32,000 nt of DNA from Bifidobacterium longum subsp. longum JCM 1217. Lineage in GTDB: Bacteria; Actinomycetota; Actinomycetes; Actinomycetales; Bifidobacteriaceae. Positions 23,860-32,000 of the stretch are shown here, piece after piece. Under the pieces are notes generated by a model, which did no database searches, was not told the DNA's origin, and saw nothing but the letters and a program-made list of their open reading frames with translations. Location of the stretch: positions 1,950,001-1,982,000 of the forward strand of contig NC_015067.1 of NCBI RefSeq assembly GCF_000196555.1, given 5' to 3'. The translations under genes and the position numbers were made by a program. The first letter of the stretch is position 1. Each line of letters opens with the position of its first letter.

Positions 23860-24660
23860 TTATGCCACCTGTTCGTGGACGGAGGCGTTGACCCATTGGG
23901 ACTGCTGGACGTTGTATCCAGAGAAGATGCCGATGTCGAGCATGCAGTCGCGGTAATCGCGGCCGTGGGCGATGGTGATGTAGCTGTCGTCCACCAATCG
24001 GTTATGCGTGGGATCCAGTCCGACCCATCGGCCATCCTGATACACCTCGACCCAAGCATGGGTCGCGCCCTCTCCCCCAAGCAAACCGGCAATGTAGCGC
24101 GCGGTCAATCCCACATGCCGGCACACGGACAGCATCACGTGCGCATAATCCTGGCATACGCCCTTGCGCTGAGCCAAGGCCTGTTCGGCGGTGGTGCGAA
24201 TCGTGGTGGAACCGGGCGTATACACAAACGCCTTGTAGACCTCATCCATCACTTCGGCAGCCTGCTGCACCGGAGTGGCGTCGGAAGGCAGCGCCGCCAA
24301 GCGTTCGCGGCATACGGCAATCATCGCCTCCACGTTCGGGCCGGGAATGGTGAGCGCTGAATTGAATCGGTACAGCGGTTTATAGGCTTCCTTATGGATA
24401 TGCGCATTGTCCACGAAGGCGATACCGGTCACCGAGTAGCTGAATATGTCGTGCGGCTCAGGGATGAATCCGGTCATCACCACGGAGTCAAAGGAGTCGA
24501 TGGTGGTTTCGAGTTCGGTTTCGGGCTGAATCTTCACTTCCACGTCAATCACCTGTTGGCGAGGGCCAGTGGAGGGAATACAGCGAAGCTGGAACCTGTG
24601 ATCGGTGACCGGTGCGCTGAAGGACAGCCTCATCTCATAGTCGAACACGAGTTTTTTCAC
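23860..24660 (-). CDS. Transglutaminase-like cysteine protease family protein
   Basis: Catalytic triad context GVCQDYAHVM (Cys), THAWVEVY (His), GLDPTHN (Asp), plus the N-terminal bacterial transglutaminase-N region. GTG 24660 is preceded by AGGAGA. Confidence 0.9.
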   Translation of the reverse strand: MKKLVFDYEMRLSFSAPVTDHRFQLRCIPSTGPRQQVIDVEVKIQPETELETTIDSFDSVVMTGFIPEPHDIFSYSVTGIAFVDNAHIHKEAYKPLYRFNSALTIPGPNVEAMIAVCRERLAALPSDATPVQQAAEVMDEVYKAFVYTPGSTTIRTTAEQALAQRKGVCQDYAHVMLSVCRHVGLTARYIAGLLGGEGATHAWVEVYQDGRWVGLDPTHNRLVDDSYITIAHGRDYRDCMLDIGIFSGYNVQQSQWVNASVHEQVA

Positions 24661-24866
24661 AACGTCTCCTGCACTTGCACACGAGCCGGCAACCGGCATA
24701 TTCTCGGGATAACGACACTACAGCCATGGCTGAGGTATGGTCCGTGCGCTCACAGCCCACGCATATATTCCGGCAATCTGCTGATATGCACAGGCCGGCA
24801 CTCGGGCGCACGGTTTTTTCGCCATACCACCATAGCATTTGAACCCGTCAGGGTGTCAGGTCGGGA

Positions 24867-27047
24867 TCAGGGACGCTTGGCGTCCATGTTCATGGAGCTC
24901 AGTGAGCCCATGTCTTTGATGGCCAGCGCGCTGACACGGCCGGAGTAGTCGTCAAGGTACTTCTTCAGCAGGTCGGCGACTTCCTGATATCCGCGAGACG
25001 GCAGCTGACCGACCAGCCAGCTCAGTCCGTCGGCGAAGCAGCTGGGCAGCGGCATGCCGTCCAAGGTCATCGAATAGGCGGCGAGCTTCTTGAGCGGCGC
25101 TTCCAGATCCTCCATCGTCAGGCCGAAGCGCGTGTACAGGTCGATGCGTTCCAGATATTTGCCGATGAAGATGAACGCCTTCAGCGTGGGGTCGACCGGC
25201 GAATTCTCGATGCCGCCCCAGAAAGCGAGCATGTCATCGGTAATATCGCGCTGCTTGTAGATGTCCTCGGCATCGGCCGCGTATTTGGCGGCATCGGTGA
25301 TATTGGTCATCGCCAACTCCACGTACTGCAGCAGACGCGAGCTCAATTCCGGGCGCAGAATCACGGCGTTGTTGAATGCGGAAGTTACGGCCGACCGCAC
25401 CGAATCAGGATTGGACCCGTCGTACAGGAAGCTGTTCACGAACCCGTCGAAGTCCTCGAAATCTTCGGGCAGGTCGAGTGCGTGAGCGAACGGACGGAAG
25501 GCGTCCACATCGGTGTCCATCACACGATCGTAGAACGGGAAGAACTGGTTCAGCGTGGTGAAGGCGCGCTCGGTGTATCGACCCAGCCAATACAGGTTGT
25601 CTGCCTTGGAAGCGGTAACCAGCGACAACGAATGGTGGCGGGACTGGCTCAGCAGGTTCGCCACCTGCGTTTCGGCACCGTACTCGTGCTCCACGCCGGA
25701 TTCGGGTGCCAACACCCACGTATCCTTAAATCCGCCACCCTGCGACGAGTTGACAATCATCTGGCCGGGCACCGACGAGTATCGAGTCAAGCCCGAATAC
25801 CACACGTGCGTATTCTTGCCGGTGACCACGAAGGCACGCAAATCGCACTTGCGCGGCGACATCTCGCCGGTCTTCGGGTCCACCACATCGATATCACGGA
25901 ACTGAATCACCTCTTGGGCAATGAATCGACGCGGCTCCTCCTTGATCCGGTTGGCGAGCTCCTCACGTGCGGCGGCATCCAGCGACGAACCAAACACCAC
26001 GCCGTAACCGCCGGCTTCGGCCACATCCTTGATGACCAGCTCGCCCATCCGATTCAGGACTTCCTTGCGGTCGGCCTCGAACATCGGCATGTACGTGGGC
26101 GCGTTGTTGAGAATCGGTTCCTCGCCGAGATAGTACTTGATCATCTGCGGCACGAAGTAGTAGATGGCCTTGTCATCGGCCGCGCCGTTGCCCGGCGCGT
26201 TGACGATGGCCACGTTGCCCGCGCGGTAGGCGGACAGGATACCGGGCACACCGATCACCGAATCAGGATTGAAGGCGAACGGGTCGAGGAATTCGTCGGA
26301 CAGGCGGCGGTAGACCACGCCCACACGGTGGCGTTTGCCGGCGTAGTCGAGGAAGTAGACCTTGTTGTCCACCACTTCGAGGTCCTCGGGGAAGGCCAAC
26401 GCCGCACCGGTTTTCTCCGCCAGATAGGCGTGCTCGAAGAACGCGGAATTGTAGCGGCCGGGAGTCAGTACCACGGCGATGCCCTCGGTGGAGACAAAGT
26501 CCATGGCTTTGCGCAACAGGCGCGGGTATTCGCGATTATCGCGAATACGAACGTCGCGGAACAGGCGCGGGGAGATGCGGCGCTCGATGTCGCGCACGAA
26601 CAGCGGGTAGCTGGCACCCGAGGGAATACGCAGGTTGTCTTCCAGCACCCACCATCGTCCGTCCTCGCCTTGGACCAGGTCCTCGCCGGCGATGTGAGCA
26701 AAAATGCCGCCGGGAGGGGTCACGCCGTTGACCTGCGGGAAGTAGCCGGCCGAGGTGTATACGTATTCCTCCGGCACCACGCCGTCATGGATGATGGCCT
26801 TGTCGGAGTAGATGTCCTTCAGATAGGCGTTCAGGGCGTTGACGCGCTGCTTCAAGCCCTTCTCCAATTCGTCGTATTCGTCGGATTCGATAATGCGCGG
26901 CACAGGGTCGTACGGGAACAGCCGGTCATGGTATTCGCCGTTCTTGTAGATGCCGAAACGCACACCGTTGCGGGACAGCTCTCGATTGATCGCTTCGCGA
27001 CGGTTTACCAGTTCATGGGCCAGTCTGCGTGCTGCGGATTCGATCAT
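24867..27047 (-). CDS. Fusion protein: circularly permuted type-2 ATP-grasp domain followed by an alpha-E domain
   Basis: The N-terminal ~480 aa carry VGVVYRRLSDEFLDP and AYRAGNVAIVNAPGNGAADDKAIY. The C-terminal ~240 aa carry ADNLYWLGRYTERAFTTLN and IGKYLERIDLYTRF (alpha-E). ATG 27047 is preceded by AAGGAG. The ORF-track start at 27122 has no RBS. Confidence 0.9.
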   Translation of the reverse strand: MIESAARRLAHELVNRREAINRELSRNGVRFGIYKNGEYHDRLFPYDPVPRIIESDEYDELEKGLKQRVNALNAYLKDIYSDKAIIHDGVVPEEYVYTSAGYFPQVNGVTPPGGIFAHIAGEDLVQGEDGRWWVLEDNLRIPSGASYPLFVRDIERRISPRLFRDVRIRDNREYPRLLRKAMDFVSTEGIAVVLTPGRYNSAFFEHAYLAEKTGAALAFPEDLEVVDNKVYFLDYAGKRHRVGVVYRRLSDEFLDPFAFNPDSVIGVPGILSAYRAGNVAIVNAPGNGAADDKAIYYFVPQMIKYYLGEEPILNNAPTYMPMFEADRKEVLNRMGELVIKDVAEAGGYGVVFGSSLDAAAREELANRIKEEPRRFIAQEVIQFRDIDVVDPKTGEMSPRKCDLRAFVVTGKNTHVWYSGLTRYSSVPGQMIVNSSQGGGFKDTWVLAPESGVEHEYGAETQVANLLSQSRHHSLSLVTASKADNLYWLGRYTERAFTTLNQFFPFYDRVMDTDVDAFRPFAHALDLPEDFEDFDGFVNSFLYDGSNPDSVRSAVTSAFNNAVILRPELSSRLLQYVELAMTNITDAAKYAADAEDIYKQRDITDDMLAFWGGIENSPVDPTLKAFIFIGKYLERIDLYTRFGLTMEDLEAPLKKLAAYSMTLDGMPLPSCFADGLSWLVGQLPSRGYQEVADLLKKYLDDYSGRVSALAIKDMGSLSSMNMDAKRP

Positions 27048-27205
27048 CGTGCCTGCTCCTTGCTGTGGCGGCTTCTGTGGCTTCAAGCGGTTAGGCGTTT
27101 TGAGCGCACGCTGACGCCGCAAGCCGTAACCGGGTTTGATGGTTTCAACCTAAGGCGGACCCGTTTCAACAAACGCGCGAGAATGTTACAGGCAGGTCAC
27201 TTCGC

Positions 27206-27313
27206 CGGCCGCGTGCATCTTGACGACCGCACTCATCTCGCCGACCACACGCATCTTGCCGACCGCACGCATCTTGACGACCGCACTCGTCTCGCCGACC
27301 GCACTCGTTACAA
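27206..27313. repeat. Six tandem 18-bp repeats, consensus CGACCGCAC[T/G]CATCT[C/T]G[C/A]
   Basis: Units counted at 27206, 27224, 27242, 27260, 27278 and 27296. The last unit degenerates into GTTACAA. Confidence 0.9.
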
Positions 27314-27314
27314 T
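27309..27314 (+). promoter_or_regulatory. Candidate -10 box (TACAAT) of truA
   Basis: TACAAT lies 2 nt before ATG 27317 and 8 nt before ATG 27323. Neither ATG has a Shine-Dalgarno sequence. Confidence 0.35.
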
Positions 27315-27316
27315 GA

Positions 27317-28234
27317 ATGGCTATGACACGACTGCGCATTGACTTGGCCTACGACGGCGGCGGATTCTATGGCTGGGCCAAACAGCCCAATCTTCGTACG
27401 GTGCAAGGCACCATTGAAGATGCGCTGCACAAGGTGCTGCGGGTGCCGGCCGATGACGCGGCCGAACCGTTACGCTTGACGGTGGCTGGACGCACCGACA
27501 CCGGTGTGCACGCCTCCCACCAAGTGGCGCATCTGGATGTATCCGATGAGGTACTGAATCGCTGCGTAGGTCACATGACCATTCCGGTCACCGAGGCGCT
27601 GACTCGCAGACTCAAGGCTGTGCTGCCTTCGGACATCGTCATTCATGGCATTGCCGTAGCTCCGGTCGGCTTCGATGCCAGGTTCTCCGCATTGGAGCGC
27701 ACTTATGTGTATCGGGTCGCCGATCGTTCGTCTGAGGTCGACCCGCGCCTGCGTGGATGCGTACTTACCGTGGATGAAGCGCTGGATCTGGAGCTTATGA
27801 ACCGCGCAGCCTCATTGACCATCGGCCTGCACGATTTTGGTTCCTTCGCCACTCCGAATCCGGGAGGCACTACGATCCGTGAAGTCAAGACCGCCTATTG
27901 GCGGCGGGTGCCGATCACTCCCCTAGTACCGGATGAGATGGCATCGCATGAAGCATATCGGACTCCGTCGCTGGAGTCCGGCCTGGTAGTGTTCACGATT
28001 GTGGCGGACGCCTTTGCCCGCAATATGGTGCGCTCCCTGGTCGGCTCATGCATCAAAGTTGGTTCGGGACGCAAATCACTGGAGTGGTTTGCCGGCAAAA
28101 TGGCCGAGCCAGTACGTGAAGGCTCAAGCGGGCCGATTGCGCCGCAGGGCCTGACTTTGGAGCATATCGCATATCCCGCCGATGATCAGCTGGCCGCAAG
28201 AGCCGAGGCCATTCGGGCCGTACGTACGTTGTAG
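27317..28234 (+). CDS. truA: tRNA pseudouridine(38-40) synthase
   Basis: RIDLAYDGGGFYGWAKQ and GRTDTGVHASHQV (catalytic Asp) motifs. The start could be the second ATG at 27323 if the mRNA is leaderless. Confidence 0.93.
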   Translation: MAMTRLRIDLAYDGGGFYGWAKQPNLRTVQGTIEDALHKVLRVPADDAAEPLRLTVAGRTDTGVHASHQVAHLDVSDEVLNRCVGHMTIPVTEALTRRLKAVLPSDIVIHGIAVAPVGFDARFSALERTYVYRVADRSSEVDPRLRGCVLTVDEALDLELMNRAASLTIGLHDFGSFATPNPGGTTIREVKTAYWRRVPITPLVPDEMASHEAYRTPSLESGLVVFTIVADAFARNMVRSLVGSCIKVGSGRKSLEWFAGKMAEPVREGSSGPIAPQGLTLEHIAYPADDQLAARAEAIRAVRTL

Positions 28235-28253
28235 ATTCTATGAAAACAACGCA

Positions 28254-28287
28254 AAAGGGCTGGAACCCAAACGGATTCCAGCCCTTT
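28254..28287. terminator. Bidirectional terminator between convergent truA and rplQ
   Basis: 12-bp stem AAAGGGCTGGAA / TTCCAGCCCTTT. A-rich on the 5' side and T-rich on the 3' side, so it can work on both strands. Confidence 0.75.
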
Positions 28288-28315
28288 CAGCTAGCTTAGC
28301 GAAACGCTATTCAGC

Positions 28316-28858
28316 TCACTCGGCCTTCTCGGCGTCAGCGGCTTCCTCAGCGGGAGCCTCAGCCTCAGCGGCGGCGGTCTCCTCGACCGGAGCCTCAACA
28401 GCCTCAGCAGCCTCAGTGGCCTCAGCCTCAACGGCCGGAGCTTCTTCTTCGGCAACCTTGGCGGCGGCTTCAGCTTCCTTCACAACAGCCTTCTTGGCAA
28501 CCGGCTCGGTGACGAGCTCGATTACAGCGGCCGGAGCGGCATCGCCAACGCGCGGAGCGATCTTGACGATACGGGTGTAGCCACCTTCACGCTGCTCCAT
28601 CTGCTCGGCAATCTGGGTGAACAGGATGTGCACCACGGACTTGTTGCGGATGACGCGCATCACGCGACGGCGGGAGTGCAGATCACCACGCTTGGCGAAG
28701 GTGATCAGGCGCTCTGCCAGCGGACGAAGGCGCTTGGCCTTCGGCAGCGTGGTGGTGATGCGGCCGTTCTGGAACAGGCTGGTCGCCATGTTTGCCAGCA
28801 TGAGGCGCTCGTGTGCGGGGCTGGAAGCCAGACGCGGGCCCTTCTTAGGTGTAGGCAT
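28316..28858 (-). CDS. rplQ: 50S ribosomal protein L17, with an Ala/Glu-rich C-terminal tail
   Basis: [29 protein letters not shown] ... GGYTRIVKI. The ~60-aa tail is low complexity. Confidence 0.97.
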   Translation of the reverse strand: MPTPKKGPRLASSPAHERLMLANMATSLFQNGRITTTLPKAKRLRPLAERLITFAKRGDLHSRRRVMRVIRNKSVVHILFTQIAEQMEQREGGYTRIVKIAPRVGDAAPAAVIELVTEPVAKKAVVKEAEAAAKVAEEEAPAVEAEATEAAEAVEAPVEETAAAEAEAPAEEAADAEKAE

Positions 28859-28887
28859 TGGGTTTACTCCTTATATGTCCGTTCTTC

Positions 28888-28927
28888 AGGCAAGCAGGTG
28901 GGCATATGCCCGAACATCTGCTTGCCT
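28888..28927 (-). other. Intercistronic stem-loop between rpoA and rplQ
   Basis: 10-bp stem AGGCAAGCAG / CTGCTTGCCT enclosing the palindrome GGGCATATGCCC (28900-28911). It lies 30 nt after the rpoA stop and 30 nt before the rplQ start. Confidence 0.5.
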
Positions 28928-28957
28928 AGTGAACGAACGATTGGTCAAAGAGGCAGA

Positions 28958-29953
28958 TCACTCGTCTTCCGGCGAGAAGAACGTGCCACCTTCGAGATTA
29001 TTGGTATCGAAGGCCATCGGCGAGGACTTGAGGCTCAGGCCCAAGGTCTGCAGCTTCTCCTTGACCTCATCGATTGACTTCATACCGAAATTGCGGATGT
29101 CGAGCAGGTCCTGCTCGGTGTGGGAGACAAGCTCACCGATGGTGTGGATGCCCTCGCGCTTGAGGCAGTTGTAAGAACGCTGCGTCAGGTTGAGGTCCTC
29201 AATCGGAACGGCCATCTCGGGGTTGGTCTCCTCGGCCACCGGGGCCGGACCGACCTCGACGCCTTCAGCCTGGGCGTTGAGCTCACGGCACAGGCCGAAG
29301 AGCTCCACCAAGGTGGAACCGGCGGAAGCCACCGCGTCACGCGGGGAGATGGCGGGCTTGGTCTCCACGTCCAGGATGAGCTTGTCGAAGTCCGTGCGCT
29401 GTTCCACACGGGTGGCCTCGACCTTGTAGCTCACCTTGAGTACCGGGGAGTAGATGGAATCAACCGGAATACGGCCGATCTCATCGTTGTCCTGCTTGTT
29501 CATCTGGGCAGGAACATAGCCACGGCCACGCTCGACAGTGAACTCGATCTCGAGTTCGCCATCGTCGGCGAGGGTAGCGATGTGCTGCTCCGGGTTGGCA
29601 ATGGTGACGCCGGCCGGCGGGGTGATGTCCCCAGCCACGGCTTCGCCCTTGCCGCTCTTGCGCAGATACATGACCACAGGCTCGTCGTATTCGCTGGTGA
29701 GCACGATGCCCTTGATGTTCAGCAGGATCTCGGTGACGTCTTCCTGGACACCCGGCAGAGTGGTGAACTCATGCAGGGCACCGGAAATACGCACGGAGGT
29801 CACGGCAGCACCCGGGATGGAGCTCAGCAGCGTGCGACGCAGCGAGTTGCCGAGCGTGTAGCCGAAGCCAGGCTCGAGCGGCTCGATGGTGAAGCGGGAG
29901 CGCTGCGGATTCAGAGATTCCTCGGTAAGAGTCGGACGCTGTGCAATAAGCAC
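28958..29953 (-). CDS. rpoA: DNA-directed RNA polymerase subunit alpha
   Basis: [11 protein letters not shown] ... [31 protein letters not shown], plus the C-terminal domain [23 protein letters not shown]. The GTG at 29953 gives the canonical N-terminus. Confidence 0.97.
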   Translation of the reverse strand: MLIAQRPTLTEESLNPQRSRFTIEPLEPGFGYTLGNSLRRTLLSSIPGAAVTSVRISGALHEFTTLPGVQEDVTEILLNIKGIVLTSEYDEPVVMYLRKSGKGEAVAGDITPPAGVTIANPEQHIATLADDGELEIEFTVERGRGYVPAQMNKQDNDEIGRIPVDSIYSPVLKVSYKVEATRVEQRTDFDKLILDVETKPAISPRDAVASAGSTLVELFGLCRELNAQAEGVEVGPAPVAEETNPEMAVPIEDLNLTQRSYNCLKREGIHTIGELVSHTEQDLLDIRNFGMKSIDEVKEKLQTLGLSLKSSPMAFDTNNLEGGTFFSPEDE

Positions 29954-30033
29954 TGTGGTTATCCTTTCAGCTTGAACTCGGTGGTGCACTCACCGGTCAG
30001 GCGGTTTTGGATGGATTTGGTATTGCTGAGTGC

Positions 30034-30432
30034 TCAGACGCGACGACGCTTCGGAGGACGAACGCCGTTGTGGGCTTGCGGGGTGACGTCGGTGATGGAA
30101 CCAACCTCGAGGCCCGCAGACTGCAGGGAACGGATGGCGGTTTCACGACCGGAACCCGGGCCCTTGACGAACACGTCGACCTTCTTGACGCCGTGTTCCA
30201 TCGCCTTGCGGGCGGCGGACTCGGCAGCCATACCAGCGGCGTACGGCGTGGACTTACGGGAGCCCTTGAAGCCGACATCGCCACCGGACGCCCAGGACAC
30301 CACGGCGCCGGACGGATCGGTGATCGAAATGATCGTGTTGTTGAAAGTGGACTTGATGTGAGCCTGGCCGACCGGGACCGACTTGCGGTCGCGACGACGG
30401 GGCTTACGAGCGGCTTGCTTAGGCGCTGCCAT
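30034..30432 (-). CDS. rpsK: 30S ribosomal protein S11
   Basis: [27 protein letters not shown] ... RPPKRRRV. Confidence 0.97.
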   Translation of the reverse strand: MAAPKQAARKPRRRDRKSVPVGQAHIKSTFNNTIISITDPSGAVVSWASGGDVGFKGSRKSTPYAAGMAAESAARKAMEHGVKKVDVFVKGPGSGRETAIRSLQSAGLEVGSITDVTPQAHNGVRPPKRRRV

Positions 30433-30519
30433 TGACCCTCGTTTCCTAGTAACGAACTTTGTTGTTGACGTTCGGGCGATGGGATGAAAATCATCCCGTG
30501 GCCCGAATCATGCCACCGA

Positions 30520-30897
30520 CTACTTGGTGGCCTTCTTCTTTCCGGCGACCGTGCGCTTCGGGCCCTTGCGGGTACGAGCATTGGTCTTGGTGCGCTGGCC
30601 GCGCACAGGAAGTCCCTTACGGTGACGCTGGCCTTGGTAGCAGTTGATCTGAATCTTGCGACGAATATCTGCATCGACTTCACGACGCAGGTCACCCTCG
30701 ATCTTGTAGTTGGCTTCGAGGTAGTCACGCAGCGTAATCAGCTGCTCGTCGGTGAGATCCTTGACGCGGATGTCCGGACTAATACCGGTCGCGGCAAGCG
30801 TTTCCTTGGCACGAGTGCGACCCACACCGAAAATGTAGGTGAGGGCGATCTCGATGCGCTTCTCATTGGGGATGTCGACTCCGGCAAGACGTGCCAT
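30520..30897 (-). CDS. rpsM: 30S ribosomal protein S13
   Basis: [29 protein letters not shown] 30897 is preceded by GAAGGA. The ORF-track start at 30930 adds 11 non-conserved residues. Confidence 0.97.
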   Translation of the reverse strand: MARLAGVDIPNEKRIEIALTYIFGVGRTRAKETLAATGISPDIRVKDLTDEQLITLRDYLEANYKIEGDLRREVDADIRRKIQINCYQGQRHRKGLPVRGQRTKTNARTRKGPKRTVAGKKKATK

Positions 30898-31045
30898 TGC
30901 GATTCCTTCTTGTTGCCGTAGGTCTTGCACCCGCTCGCCCGGTTACCCGGCACGGGCCTACGTACCCGTGGTTCAGTGTCGTTCCCTTGCGGGAAGCACT
31001 GTGAGAGAGTGCCTTATTTACTTAGTGCCGCTGGAGAATCTGCTC

Positions 31046-31159
31046 TCAGCCCTGACGCTGCTTGTGGCGCGGGTTGACGCAGATCACCATGACGCGGCCG
31101 TGACGGCGGATCACGCGGCAGTTTTCGCAGATCCTCTTCACGCTAGGGCTGACCTTCAT
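31046..31159 (-). CDS. rpmJ: 50S ribosomal protein L36
   Basis: Manual translation gives [37 protein letters not shown] (37 aa, zinc-ribbon Cys pattern). AAAGGA RBS upstream. Not in the ORF track. Confidence 0.95.
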
Positions 31160-31182
31160 GGTTATCCTTTTCTTGTGTACCT

Positions 31183-31401
31183 TTACTTGTAACGGTACGT
31201 AATGCGTCCGCGGTTCAGGTCGTAAGGGCTCATTTCGAGCACGACACGATCCTGCGGCAGAATACGAATGTAGTTCTTACGCATTTTGCCGGAAATCGTG
31301 GCGAGCACGATGTGCTTGTTTTCGAGTTCAACGCGGAACATCGCGTTAGGCAGTGCTTCCACGACCTGTCCTTCGACTTCAATCACACCGTCTTTTGCCA
31401 T
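31183..31401 (-). CDS. infA: Translation initiation factor IF-1
   Basis: [53 protein letters not shown]. Confidence 0.97.
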
Positions 31402-31476
31402 GTGCCTCTAGTCCTATTCCGTTGGATGATTACTATGGCATATCCGAAGACACACCAACTGTCAACTATATACGCA

Positions 31477-31518
31477 CATACCCCTGTACGAACACTCGGC
31501 GTGTCGCACAGGGGTATG
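31477..31518 (-). terminator. Hairpin in the adk-infA spacer, a possible adk terminator or attenuator
   Basis: 11-bp stem CATACCCCTGT / ACAGGGGTATG. On the minus strand it is followed by TGCGTATATAGTTGACA, which also contains a TTGACA -35-like box for infA. Confidence 0.4.
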
Positions 31519-31577
31519 GAAACGTTGATGTGGTATTTCGGCATCACTCCGGCTTGTTGCCCGGGCTGCCGAACCTA

Positions 31578-32000
31578 CTACTCGAGGTGGCTGATGATAC
31601 GGCCGCTGATCTCGTCGATGTCGCCGACGCCGTTGACCACGACGAGCAGGCCACGGGCCTCGTAGATGTCGAGCAGCGGAGCGGTTTCCTTCTCATAGGT
31701 CTCCAGGCGCTTGGCGATGGCCTCCGGAGTGTCGTCAGCGCGGCCCTGCTCGGCGGCGCGCTTCTTCATACGCTCCAGCAGCACGTCGCGGGCGGCTTCG
31801 AGGGCCACCACGTGGTCGAGCGGAGTGTCAAGGTCGGCGAGCATCTCGTCGAGAGCGATGACCTGGGCGGCGTTACGCGGGTAGCCGTCGAGGATCCAGC
31901 CGTTCTTGCAGTCTTCCTTGGCCAGACGATCCTTGACGATCTTGTTGGTCAGGGAGTCCGGAACCAGCTCGCCCTTGTCGGTGTAGCTCATCGCCTCAAG
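31578..32000 (-). CDS. adk: Adenylate kinase. C-terminal ~140 aa; the 5' end lies outside the window.
   Basis: GWILDGYPRN ... RADDTPEAIAKRLETYEKETAPLLDIY. The frame is open to the right window edge. Confidence 0.93.
   Translation of the reverse strand, partial: LEAMSYTDKGELVPDSLTNKIVKDRLAKEDCKNGWILDGYPRNAAQVIALDEMLADLDTPLDHVVALEAARDVLLERMKKRAAEQGRADDTPEAIAKRLETYEKETAPLLDIYEARGLLVVVNGVGDIDEISGRIISHLE

Noticed and set aside
27206-27313. The 18-bp tandem array considered as a CRISPR array
   Set aside because: The repeats are directly adjacent with no unique spacers, the units are far shorter than CRISPR repeats, and there are no cas genes in the window.
25482-27326. 614-aa ORF antisense to the ATP-grasp/alpha-E gene, running through the 18-bp repeats as a HLADRT-type peptide repeat
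   Set aside because: This is an antisense shadow ORF. The peptide repeat is simply the 18-bp DNA repeat read in frame. It has no RBS and no family resemblance.
29120-30361. 413-aa ORF antisense to rpoA and rpsK
   Set aside because: It spans two genuine ribosomal/RNAP genes and their spacer on the opposite strand. It is an artefact of GC-rich codon usage.

Overview
This is a high-GC actinobacterial chromosome segment. The protein sequences look Bifidobacterium-like, probably the B. longum group; that is inferred from the translations only, with no search run. Most of the window is core information-processing genes. On the + strand: pgm (3' part), rnhA, rpiA, radA, truA. On the - strand: the bS22 micro-gene, ribF-truB-rbfA-infB-nusA, and rplQ-rpoA-rpsK-rpsM-rpmJ-infA-adk. 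Accessory patches sit between these blocks:
- An intact IS30-family insertion sequence with 26/30-bp terminal inverted repeats and a 3-bp ACA target duplication, inserted into a repeat-dense non-coding tract.
- A DUF559/Vsr-like endonuclease-domain gene.
- An Rrf2 regulator plus a class-I flavoprotein disulfide reductase, preceded by two tandem 28-bp operator-like palindromes.
- A LacI regulator plus a GH51 alpha-L-arabinofuranosidase next to tRNA-Ser(CGA).
- A two-gene module: a fused circularly permuted ATP-grasp/alpha-E protein followed by a transglutaminase-like cysteine protease.

The items most worth follow-up are:
1. The ATP-grasp/alpha-E + transglutaminase module, a predicted but biochemically uncharacterised amidoligase or peptide-tagging system.
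2. A 124-bp nested palindromic element filling the infB-rbfA spacer, with a related half copy after the transglutaminase gene.
3. Six 18-bp tandem repeats that run directly into a TACAAT box and a probably leaderless truA.
4. An RNase HI with a ~150-aa C-terminal extension containing four perfect 18-bp repeats.
5. The GTGGGAC-heptamer tract next to the IS.

Two short ribosomal protein genes absent from the ORF track (bS22, 29 aa; L36, 37 aa) were found by manual translation. All family assignments come from recognising motifs in the translations. No database search, folding or statistics could be run.
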